This document shows positions 1-9,708 of a stretch of DNA of 51,909 nt, piece by piece. The stretch's first letter is position 1; each line of letters starts with the position of its first letter. This stretch comes from Craspedostauros australis (Eukaryota), in assembly GCA_030167865.1 (NCBI GenBank), contig JALAGF010006527.1, positions 1 through 51,909 on the forward strand. The letters are read 5' to 3'. The notes under the pieces are model-generated. The model did no database searches and was not told the DNA's origin. It saw only the letters and a list, made by a program, of their open reading frames with translations. The position numbers and the translations under genes are program-made.

Positions 1-1
1 A

Positions 2-2524
2 TTCGGTGAGATCGGGCGTGGCAGCATACGTGTGACCAAATACACGGACGTTGCCTCCTCGGGTGGAACCATCACACACCGCGCAGGCCTTCTTGCGATT
101 GTTCTCGTGGGCTTTCACGACATACACCCAGACCCAGTTGAACACAGCTGCGCCGGACGGAGGCTCCACTGGATCACCGAACATGCCTTGATGGTGGTAT
201 TGCTCCATCTGCTTGAACTCCGCAGCTTGCCACTCATCCCAATCATCGCCCAACAGCAACTTGCGCCGTGTGAGCTTGGGTGCAGCATCAACAGCTCGAG
301 CGTGCGGCGATATCAGCCAGATGACGTTCTGAACATGTCGAAGCTGGTCGAAGTAGAGCTGTGGAACACCTTGTTGGGAGAGAGCATTTCGCGCCTCATC
401 AAAAGCGAAGATGGCGACGATTGGATTCGTCTGACGCTGCCGCGCTTTCGAAACGATGCGGACGACATCATCACCACGCAACACGTCGTCGCCATCCAGG
501 GTAAGCAGATGTGCAGACCGAAGACGCGATCGCCACCGGGGAATGCGAGCGGCCGGAGTGCCAGGCTTGCATGTTTGCAGCTGCAGTTGCCCTCGAGCAT
601 CGTCGGGCACCAGCACCAACCCAGCACACGGATCGGACCCATTCACCTCAATGTCCTGTGCGAACGGAAAACCGAAAGGCTCACTCGTCATCTCCAGTGA
701 CTGCACAAAACGATGAGGTGTGGATGAGCACGTGGCAGCGGCTGCGTGTAACTCCGAATCACCACACGCAACGCAGGACTCAACGGGTGTACGCCCTGTA
801 TCCGCATCGCCACCCTTGAGTGCGCCGTCCTTCGTAGGGATCAGTGCTGCATCACCTCGAGGGTCACGGAATCCCAGTTCGAACAGGAGTTGTGGTCCTG
901 GAGGCCGATTGCTGGACGTGAAGTGAACCTCGTCGAAGACTATGTTGCCAGCTGTTTTGATGCGGCCAGAATCAAGGTTGTAGTATTTGTGGAGAGTCGG
1001 TGTCGCCGTGTGTCCCACGAAGATGCCATTGTACGTGTGAACGTCAAGCTTGGCAGGCGGATGCCCTGGCTTCCGGACAGTGACACGAGACCCAAACACA
1101 CGTAGGTGCCCGAGATCTGGCTTGACCCCATGCTGGAGCTCGTAGGGAGTCTTTGAGATGGACGCATGCCACAACCGGTTCTTCAGGTAGACCGAATGTA
1201 CGAGCGCAAGGGCCCAGAACTGCGGCTTGAGACCCACGGAATACAGTAGGGCCCTCGTCATGACGCCAAAAGTGCGGTTCAGCTGTTCCACCTTCCCATT
1301 CATCCAGGAGCAACCAGCACCAGTGGGCTCAAGATTGTACCCAGCATCACGGACAGCCACTTGGAAAGCTCCAGACCGAGCAAGTTCCCCGCCTGTATCG
1401 ACACGCACCGCGCGATGACCCGAACGTCGGCCAAAATCACCCAGAAGCTTGGAGAATATCTCAACCGGAGGTGACCGGTCCTTCGTTGGAAACACCCACG
1501 TATATCGCGTGTACGCATCCGTGATGAGGAGGTATGACGTGAAGCCTTCGAGGGATAGGACAACACGGCGATTGGCATCGCGGCCGCGTGGCTTTGCATC
1601 ACCGTACGCCTCGTTGGTGGCACGCATGAAACCGAAGTCTGCATGGAACCGAGCGCCCGGATGCGGTTCGACAGTGTCCACGTTGGGTCCGCGAGCGGCC
1701 TTCTGGCAGTGAGCGTGGCTGCACGTCGTGCAGTGTCGCAACGGGTGCGCGCTGGACCGTAGTTTGCCAGGGACGCCAGTGACATGCGCAGGCAACTTCT
1801 CCAACTGCGACATGCCGGGGTGTCCCAGGCGCAGGTGCCATAGCTCCGCTTGCAAGGCCGGCGATGAAGTCTGAATGGCGAATGCCATGGGTGACCGCGT
1901 GGAGTCGCCGTTGAAGAAGTACAACCCATTGGACTGAGTCATAGAGGCAGAGCAGTCACCGCTGGCACCATGGAACGTGAGCGTGGCGCCTTGCAGGTTG
2001 GATGCAAACGTGAAGCGCTGGAAGGCGTTGTCACTCTGTCGCACGATGGACTGTGGCGAGATGAGTGTCTCAGCCAGGTTGGGGCAAAGTGCAGTCCGGA
2101 CTGAGATAGTCGACCCTTCGCATGTGGGAACATCCAGGAAGCCTTCACCCGGGCACACCATGGACTCAGCGAGAGCATCAGCTGCCGCCAGCATGAGAGG
2201 TGAGGAGAAAGGCTGGTAATCCCTCAGGACTTCCTTGTACGGAGTCGCGCTCACATTGGCACCAATGTCGCATTGACCCACACCGCCATAAGGGTTCCAG
2301 GCCTGGATGCCGGAGCCGTCAGTGCGAGCGGCATGAACACGGCAGGCCCTGACCACAGCATATCCCATAAGCTTATGCAGCTGGATGGCGGAGGGAGCAG
2401 GAAGAGCAAGCATGGAAACCTCATCGTTGTGATGACCTGCTGGTTTCCCGCTGTTGCGATTGTTGAAAGATGGCCGTTCACCAGAGAGTTCGCCTACTCC
2501 TGGCCGGCAGACCAAAAATCCTGG
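2..2524 (-). CDS. pol: Copia Pol polyprotein (protease, GAG-pre-integrase, integrase, start of RT), partial; absent from the ORF track because it runs off the window
   Basis: Manual translation has no stop from 2524 to the window edge (~840 codons). PR-like CDIGAN (~2270); LWHLRLGHP...CTTC zinc-binding region; integrase FHADFGF / RVDTGGE / NGKVEQLNRT; PDLGHLRVFG...VFDE; RT N-terminus WQAAEFKQ...WVYVVK...KKACAVCDGS...TYA. Confidence 0.93.
2473..2521 (-). promoter_or_regulatory. Putative -1 programmed ribosomal frameshift signal at the gag/pol junction
   Basis: G_GAT_TTT heptamer at 2521-2515 in the gag frame, a 6-nt spacer, then stem-loop GCCG-GCCAG-GAGT[AGGCGA]ACTC-T-CTGGT-GAA-CGGC. The -1 (pol) frame opens just upstream, after TGA at 2527-2525. 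Confidence 0.8.
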
Positions 2525-4719
2525 TCAACGGATTCGAGCACTTCATCGGACACCACAAGGTTGGCGATGGACTCATGTGCATCCCCGCTGTAGCGCTGGA
2601 TGGCCCGAGCGTTGGCCGTGAAGGTCTGCTTGGTGAAGTGCCCGCGGAACTTGTCACGCATGGCGTCAGCATACTCCGAATGCGACGCAGCGTACTCGTT
2701 CATGTGCGCATGGCGCCCAAAAGTCTTGCACGTGTCCTTGGTGTGACCCATGTTGCAGCAGGCCTCACAGAAGGCACCAGGCACTGGCTTGTAAAAGGCG
2801 TGCTGGCGCCTCTCGGGACGTTGGCCTCGGCCACCACCGCCACCGCGTCCTTGACTGCGTGTGTTGACACGATGGGCGACACCTCGAGCAGGCTGTTGGG
2901 GAAGATCCGCAATTTCCTGCCCAAGTTGCTCCACGCACAGATTGATGGGAAGGTCCTTGGGCACGGCAACGCCACGGACGGCAGTATGGAAGTGCCCCAG
3001 TTCGTACCCATGGCCACGAAGCTCTTCAAGGAAGTGGCGCGTGAGCTCCAGTTGGGAGATGTGTCGGCGAAACACGAGGCCCTCCACAAGCTGGAAGCTG
3101 AGCAGCTGTTCAGCGTACGTCGCGACGGAACCTTGAAAGGCTGGAGCCTTGTGGACCTGCGACTGGACGGCATCATACGCGCCGGAGAGCAGTGTATGAA
3201 GGAAGACGTACGCGGAAAGCCGGTGCGGCATGATGCCGATGCTGCTGGTGTACTTCAGGCGAAGCGCGGCATGCTCCAGGTTGATGACACCATCGGCCTG
3301 CAGCTTCACCACCAGCTGGTCATTCATGGCAAAGACACGGTGACCGTGGGCATTGCGAGGAATGACGGAAGAGGACGGCTGGAACGAACTCAGCGGGCAA
3401 GAGTGCAAGTCCGCACGTGCAGCAGCAGCCTGGAACTGGCCATACCAGTTGAAGATCGCGGTGGGCGAGTCATCCTTGAGGGGCAGGCGCCACTTGTCCC
3501 AGGCCTGACCAACACCGTAGTCCAGACGCTCGAGAGCGGGCGGGACCTCGTAGGTACGGTGTCGCCGGAACGCAGGGCTGGCGTTGGCCACAGAGTAGTC
3601 AACTCCAGAGTCAGTGACGTAGTCGAAGTCCTCTGCCGGGAGACGAGGAGTCGTGAAANNNNNNNNNNNNNNNNNNNNNNNNNNNNNNNNNNNNNNNNNN
3701 NNNNNNNNGAAGACGTACGCGGAAAGCCGGTGCGGCATGATGCCGATGCTGCTGGTGTACTTCAGGCGAAGCGCGGCATGCTCCAGGTTGATGACACCAT
3801 CGGCCTGCAGCTTCACCACCAGCTGGTCATTCATGGCAAAGACACGGTGACCGTGGGCATTGCGAGGAATGACGGAAGAGGACGGCTGGAACGAACTCAG
3901 CGGGCAAGAGTGCAAGTCCGCACGTGCAGCAGCAGCCTGGAACTGGCCATACCAGTTGAAGATCGCNNNNNNNNNNNNNNNNNNNNNNNNNNNNNNNNNN
4001 NNNNNNNNNNNNNNNNNNNNNNNNNNNNNNNNNNNNNNNNNNNNNNNNNNNNNNNNNNNNNNNNNNNNNNNNNNNNNNNNNGGGCTGGCGTTGGCCACAG
4101 AGTAGTCAACTCCAGAGTCAGTGACGTAGTCGAAGTCCTCTGCCGGGAGACGAGGAGTCGTGAAATCGGCAGGTGGTAGAGTACGAGAGTCCACAGCAGG
4201 CGCAGTAGAAGGAGCACCATCGCCAGGAACACCACCATCGCCAGACCCACGAACATCGTCAGGCGGCGGCTCATCAGCGGGATCGCGAACCTTGGAAATG
4301 TCGACGACCGCATCGTCCGCACCAGGGCTGCGCTCGTCATGGCGCGAAGCGACGGAGGCCACCGACGAGGGCACGGAGCGGAAGGCGGAAGGGATCGGAT
4401 TCTCGAGGCGCATGAATGGACGGAACTCGCGCGCCGAGAGGCTGGTCGCCCAATGCTCGTCGTCTTCGCCAGTCTTCAGGTACCACGCGCGGAGCCGCCA
4501 CAAGTGTCGCACATGAAGCGGACTCTTGGCGGACCACGCGCAGAGGCACTCGTGGAAGCCATCATCAGGCGCGCAGAGGAGGTCGTAGAGTTCCTCATCC
4601 GAGCGCACCTGAAGATCGGTCATGGCATCTGGGAACCACTTCCACCCGAGGCGGAGAGAGATGGTTTGAGCGGTGGACACCGTCGCAGCGGGCGGAGCGT
4701 TGTCGCCAGCGGAAGCCAT
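2494..4719 (-). CDS. gag: Copia Gag (length inflated by a gap-associated duplication; alternative ATG at 4770)
   Basis: ORF downstream of the PBS with RG-rich segment and zinc knuckle CEACCNMGHTKDTC near the C-terminus; ends DQDFWSAGQE*. Confidence 0.85.
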   Translation of the reverse strand: MASAGDNAPPAATVSTAQTISLRLGWKWFPDAMTDLQVRSDEELYDLLCAPDDGFHECLCAWSAKSPLHVRHLWRLRAWYLKTGEDDEHWATSLSAREFRPFMRLENPIPSAFRSVPSSVASVASRHDERSPGADDAVVDISKVRDPADEPPPDDVRGSGDGGVPGDGAPSTAPAVDSRTLPPADFTTPRLPAEDFDYVTDSGVDYSVANASXXXXXXXXXXXXXXXXXXXXXXXXXXXXXXXXXXXXXXXAIFNWYGQFQAAAARADLHSCPLSSFQPSSSVIPRNAHGHRVFAMNDQLVVKLQADGVINLEHAALRLKYTSSIGIMPHRLSAYVFXXXXXXXXXXXXXXXXXFTTPRLPAEDFDYVTDSGVDYSVANASPAFRRHRTYEVPPALERLDYGVGQAWDKWRLPLKDDSPTAIFNWYGQFQAAAARADLHSCPLSSFQPSSSVIPRNAHGHRVFAMNDQLVVKLQADGVINLEHAALRLKYTSSIGIMPHRLSAYVFLHTLLSGAYDAVQSQVHKAPAFQGSVATYAEQLLSFQLVEGLVFRRHISQLELTRHFLEELRGHGYELGHFHTAVRGVAVPKDLPINLCVEQLGQEIADLPQQPARGVAHRVNTRSQGRGGGGGRGQRPERRQHAFYKPVPGAFCEACCNMGHTKDTCKTFGRHAHMNEYAASHSEYADAMRDKFRGHFTKQTFTANARAIQRYSGDAHESIANLVVSDEVLESVDQDFWSAGQE
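3202..4165. repeat. Direct duplication of ~457 bp around N gaps (3202-3658 = 3709-4165); probable assembly artefact
   Basis: Both readable parts of copy 2 match copy 1 at a constant 507-bp offset; the copies are separated by a 50-N gap. Confidence 0.85.
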
Positions 4720-4855
4720 GGTAGAGAGAGGAACGAAGTGCGGAGCGAAGAGAGGGTGACGAGAGGGCATACAGCTCGAAGCCAGGGAATGAAACGTCCT
4801 GAAACGAAGAGCACGAAGAGACGGAGAGGATGTAGTCACAAAAGCGTGAAACAAG

Positions 4856-4863
4856 CCATAACC
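4856..4863 (-). promoter_or_regulatory. Primer-binding site (GGTTATGG, copia-type, tRNA-iMet-derived primer)
   Basis: Minus strand reads ...ACTGACA|GGTTATGG immediately after the LTR's CA end. Confidence 0.75.
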
Positions 4864-4996
4864 TGTCAGTATCTGTACGGGAGGATGTGTGTGTGTGTGT
4901 GTGTGCTAATGATGGATTTATGGGAGGAGACTGTCTCCGTTGTCACTCTTCAGAGGCGGAGGCTGCGGACGTCTGTCCTGCGTACGTATGCCAACA
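4864..4996 (-). repeat. 5' LTR (133 bp) of the copia element
   Basis: Begins TGTTGGCATACGTAC and ends GTACAGATACTGACA (imperfect inverted termini), abuts the PBS, contains a (CA)n tract. The 3' LTR is outside the window. Confidence 0.8.
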
Positions 4997-6028
4997 ACCT
5001 CTTCATAAATCTGTGTGATATCCATTGGTAAGATGAACAGAATCGCTCACGAATGAAGTTGGCTCAGATCGAGAACAGCAGTTCGGGAGAACCATCGGCT
5101 GAGATGATGATGTGAGCCTGGACGTTGAGATGTGTTGTGACTCCGTTTGTAGTCGTCTGTTTCTTGCACACGAGGAGAGCGCATGAAGTGTGGATGACAT
5201 GCTCGAGCGAAATCTCAAGGAAGTCGGCGCGCTTTGGATACCACAGAGTACCATTCTCGTCTTCGTGTTGATCCTGATGTCGGACAACTCGTTCGATTAG
5301 ACTTTCTTGATGTTGACGTTATAATGACGTTAACTATGTCGCACGATTGAGACCACAAAGTTACGCGATCTTTCGGGCCAACGCAAAAGATCTTCGCTGA
5401 GGAACACGCCCCAACGACTCCACGGAAACACCTTGAGAATCCATCACAAGGAACCATCGACGTGCTCACCAAGCATACTCGCATCATAGTACGTGCTGCA
5501 ACCAACACCCACAACTGACACATGTCGCTCCGAAGCAGATCGCAATTGAGCGAGCATCACATTCACATGAAAACCTGAAGATGGGTTTTGAAGTGAACGA
5601 AAGAGCAGTATCACAAACATGCCACCTCTACAAACTCATCTTGTGTACTGGTGTCGTCGATGAGTGCGTTGGACAATACTTGAGCACGTAGCTCTTGGTG
5701 GGAAATCCCACGTGCATGAAGGGTACGAGCTAGTATGCTCATCCAGTATGCATGAAGGGAAATTGGACGTTGTTGAAAGAGTACGCTTGCCAAATGGCAC
5801 CTCCTTCCATCCTCGTGTACACCATGAGACAGAGCGAGAGAGCGAGAGGGCGGAAGACTGATCTCATAAAAAGCGAGCCAGTAACTTTGAGCAAGAGGAC
5901 AGCCGTCGTCAACGCAGCCGTCATCAACAACGCCGTCGCAAACAAACACCACATTCGCTCTGTTCAACGCAAGACAACAAGTCACAACGGCTTCTCGTAC
6001 CATAAGACGCAAGTTCCTTCGAAAGACC

Positions 6029-6721
6029 ATGCAGGGTTCCACGCAGTTGGAAACAGCGGCAGATTCCTCCGACGATCCCATCAAGACACCACGGGAGTAC
6101 ACATCGGATCTCGTGGTAGTCCTGGACTTGGACGAGTGTCTGATCCATACGACTACGGGATTTGCGATGAGCATGTCTTCATTCAAAAAGAACGTCGCTC
6201 GGCAGGCAGAAGAGGCCAACAGGGACGGCAAGCAAGAGGAAGAGAGCAAGCGTGCTGAAGTATTCGGAATCAACGGAGGCTATGTTGTGTATGAACGCCC
6301 ATTCGTGAGAGAGTTCCTTGAGGCTATCTCACAAGATTTTGAGACCCATCTCTACACCGCAGGGCCGCGATCTTATGTCACTGAGATCCTCAAGGAGTTG
6401 GACCCTGATGGCACCATCTTCACCAAGGCATGGACTCGCCAGTTTTGCGACGAGGTAGACGGAGCGTTCCTGAAGAACTTGGGCAAGCTGAAGTTCTCCA
6501 GGGGTAATCATGATCCCAAGCGCACCGTCTTCGTTGACAACAGCATTCAAAGTTTCCACGCCAATCCACAGAATGGTATCCTCATCCCAGACTTCCGCGG
6601 CGATCCCGACGACGATGAACTCCAAAAGGTGTTGGATCTGATTCGCGAGTTGGACCAGAATCATCCGGATGTGCGTCCCTTCTTGGATGAGCGTTTTGGT
6701 ATCAAGGCCAAGCTCGCATAA
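6029..6721 (+). CDS. FCP1/SCP-like (NIF domain) HAD phosphatase, copy 1, 230 aa
   Basis: VVLDLDECL (DxDx motif), ERPFVREFL, YTAG, LDP, KNL, VFVDN, NGILIPDF, DVRPFL. Confidence 0.9.
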   Translation: MQGSTQLETAADSSDDPIKTPREYTSDLVVVLDLDECLIHTTTGFAMSMSSFKKNVARQAEEANRDGKQEEESKRAEVFGINGGYVVYERPFVREFLEAISQDFETHLYTAGPRSYVTEILKELDPDGTIFTKAWTRQFCDEVDGAFLKNLGKLKFSRGNHDPKRTVFVDNSIQSFHANPQNGILIPDFRGDPDDDELQKVLDLIRELDQNHPDVRPFLDERFGIKAKLA

Positions 6722-7605
6722 ACAGTGCCATCATGCCAATAGTGCCCATCAACTGTTGACTTGGACAACTGCCACCGAGTCATTGTGACACTTCCATAGT
6801 AGAGTCTTGGGCGACCCCAAAAGCAAGTAGATGCAGCCGCATCAACACGATACGGTCTGCATGAACTAACTAAGTACGCTCGTACTACAAATAGTCTCTC
6901 TTCTGGTGGAGCAATCATTGGGCTGAAAGATCCGCCACATCAATCTAGACTGTTCGATGCTGGGGGATGGACGAAGCGCGCACAGACATCATTCGCTGTG
7001 ACCTCGATGCCTGCGGGTACTATGGCAGCGCTTGACTCTACGTACACAAGTGTATGGTAGAGTGGCATACGTGCTGCACCCAACACCCACAACTGACGCA
7101 TGTCGCTTCGAAGAAGATTGCAATTGAGCGAGCATCACATTCACATGAAAACCTGAAGATAGGGTTGAAGAGAACGAAAGACCAGTATCACGAAGATCCC
7201 ACTTCCACGCACATCTTTGTGTACCGGTGTCGTCGATGAGCGGGTTTGGAAATGCTTGAACATGTATCTCTTCGTGAGTAATCTCACGTGCATGAAGGGT
7301 ACGAGGTAGTGATGCTCATCCAGTGGGCATGAAAGGAAGTTGGAAGTTGCTGAAAGAGTACGGTTGTCAAATGGCAACTCCAGCCATCTTCGTGTACACC
7401 GCGAGACAGAGCGAGAGAGCCAGAGGGCGGGAGAATGATCTCATAAAAAGCGAGCCAGTGACTTTGAGCAAGAGGGCAGCCGTCGTCAACGCAGCCGTCA
7501 TCAACAACGCCGTCGCAAACAAACACCACATTCGCTCTGTTCAACGCAAGACACCGAGTCACAATGATTTCTCTTACCATTGGACGCAAGTTCCTTGGAA
7601 AGACC

Positions 7606-8514
7606 ATGCTGGGTTGGCCAGCGCATCTCCTTTTGGCTGCGACATGTAAGTCGGCCATTGCGTCAAATGGACCAGGCCTTGCGTTGAGTACATTCGCGTT
7701 CGCCTCGTCGCCGCTGCTATCTGGATCGCCGCCATGCTCGCGTTCGGTCCGTCATGGCCTTTGTCATCTTGATGCTCCCACGGCATTTGGTTTGCAAAGA
7801 GCAAACTCAGGGTCGGCTCAGTCGTCCACGCAGTTGAAAGCAGTGGCAGAATCCTCCGACGATCCCATCAAGACGCCACGGGAGTACACATCGGACCTCG
7901 TGGTAGTCTTGGACATGGACGAGTGCCTGGTCTCTTCAATGATCTACAGTAGCGCGTATGGCTTCATGGAGGAGATGCGAAAGCTGGGCGAACAGGACCA
8001 GAGAGACAAAGAGCAAGGGATAGAGCGCAAGACAGTTGAGAACTTCATCTCCAAAATTCCAGGTGTCGGTATCGCTGTTGTGCGTCTCCGTCCATTCGTG
8101 AGAGAGTTCCTTGAGGCTATCTCACAAGATTTTGAGACCCACCTCTACACCGCAGGAAAGCAGGCTTATGCCACTGAGGTCCAAACGAAATTGGACCCTG
8201 ACGGCACCATCTTCACCAAGGCATGGACTCGCCAGTTTTGCGACGAGGTAGACGGAGCGTTCCTGAAGAACTTGGGCAAGCTGAAGTTCTCCAGGGGCAA
8301 TCATGATCCCAAGCGCACCGTCTTCGTTGACAACAGCATTCATAGTTTCCGATCCAACCCGCAGAATGGCATCCTCGTCCCAGACTTCTACAGCGATCCT
8401 GACGACGGTGAGCTCCAAAAGGTGTTGGATCTGATTCGCGAGTTGGACCAGGATCATCCGGATGTGCGTCCCTTCTTGGATGAGCGCTTTGGTATCAAGG
8501 CCAAGCTCGCATAA
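7606..8514 (+). CDS. FCP1/SCP-like (NIF) phosphatase, copy 2, 302 aa, with a 70-aa N-terminal extension (possible in-frame intron 7646-7810)
   Basis: VVLDMDECL, LRPFVREFL, YTAG, VFVDN; ATG at 7606 is homologous to the ATGs of copies 1 and 3. Confidence 0.88.
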   Translation: MLGWPAHLLLAATCKSAIASNGPGLALSTFAFASSPLLSGSPPCSRSVRHGLCHLDAPTAFGLQRANSGSAQSSTQLKAVAESSDDPIKTPREYTSDLVVVLDMDECLVSSMIYSSAYGFMEEMRKLGEQDQRDKEQGIERKTVENFISKIPGVGIAVVRLRPFVREFLEAISQDFETHLYTAGKQAYATEVQTKLDPDGTIFTKAWTRQFCDEVDGAFLKNLGKLKFSRGNHDPKRTVFVDNSIHSFRSNPQNGILVPDFYSDPDDGELQKVLDLIRELDQDHPDVRPFLDERFGIKAKLA

Positions 8515-9708
8515 ACAGTGCCATCATGCCAACAGTGCCCATCAACTGTTGACTTGGACAACTGCCACCGAGTCATTGTGACACTTCTATCACGGAGTCT
8601 TGGGCGATCCCAAAACCAAGTAGATGCAGCCGCATCAACACAGAGTACCATCTGCATGACCTAACTAAGTACGCTCGTACTACAAATAGTCTCTCTTCTA
8701 GTGGAGCAACCAGTGGGCTGACAGATCCGCCACATCAATCTAGACTGTTCGATGCTGAGGGATGGACGAAGCACGCACAGACATCATTCGCGGTGACCAC
8801 GATGCCTGCGAGTACTCTGGCGGCGCCTGGCTCTTCGCTCACACGGGTCATATGGTAGAGTGGCATACGTGCTGCACCCAACACCCACAACTGACACATG
8901 TCGCTCCAAAGCAGATTGCAATTGAGCAAGCATCACATTCACATGAAAACCTGAAGATAGGGTTGAAGAGAATGGAAGAGCGGCATCACGAACATGCCAC
9001 CTCTACAAACTCATCTTGTGTACCGGTGTCGTCAATGAGCGTGTTTGGAAATACTTGAACACGTATCTCTTGGTGAGTAATCTCACGTGCATGAAGGGTA
9101 CGAACAAGTGATGCCCATCCAGTGGGCATGAAAGGAAGTTGGAAGTTGCTGAAAGAGTACGGTTGTCAAATGGCAACTCCAGCCATCTTCGTGTACTACG
9201 CAAACGAAGAAAGACGTTTTGCGTGTGTGTATTTACGCTACACGCCTCAACGAAACGAGAGTTGGCTGATCGTGTTTCTCCAAAAGCGAAAGATCGTCCA
9301 CACGATCTTGAGAGACACAACCAACAGCAACTCGCAACAAAATTGAATGATCGAACGAAACTCAAATGGACCACGGAGTACAAGACCACCGCGACACCGT
9401 GGAGGTTGCATGTGCTCACCTGCATCGCAGCCTACTCTCAACCCATGCTGATGCCTGCTTCCACCATGCTGATGCCCGCGTTCACCACGAGCATCAACAA
9501 GCAAACCGTGGAGGAAAAGCAACAACAAACCAAACGAGCATCGTATCATCATAAAATCAAAACTTCCATCTCTTTTCTTACCCGTCATCAACAACTCCAC
9601 CGCAAACAAACGCCACCGCAAACAAACACCACATTCGCTCTGTCCAAAGCAAGACAACAAGTCACAACAGCTTCTCTTACCACAAGACGCAAGCACCTTC
9701 GAACGATC

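Larger units (their letters stand above)
1..4996 (-). mobile_element. Ty1/copia LTR retrotransposon (diatom CoDi-like), 5' part; continues past the left edge of the window
   Basis: On the minus strand: LTR (TG...CA), PBS, gag with CX2CX4HX4C knuckle, then pol in copia domain order protease-integrase-RT. Confidence 0.95.

Noticed and set aside
3202..4165. Apparent internal tandem duplication in gag
   Set aside because: Identical copies on either side of a 50-N gap are the usual signature of unmerged contig overlap; not treated as biological without long reads.
2470..4179. 569-aa plus-strand ORF, and the 222-aa ORF at 32-700
   Set aside because: Antisense shadows of gag and pol, the first inflated by the duplication and Ns; no recognisable motifs.
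9139..9708. 422-aa version of phosphatase copy 3
   Set aside because: Starts at a non-ATG codon in sequence that is upstream non-coding DNA in the other copies; the homologous ATG is at 9709.
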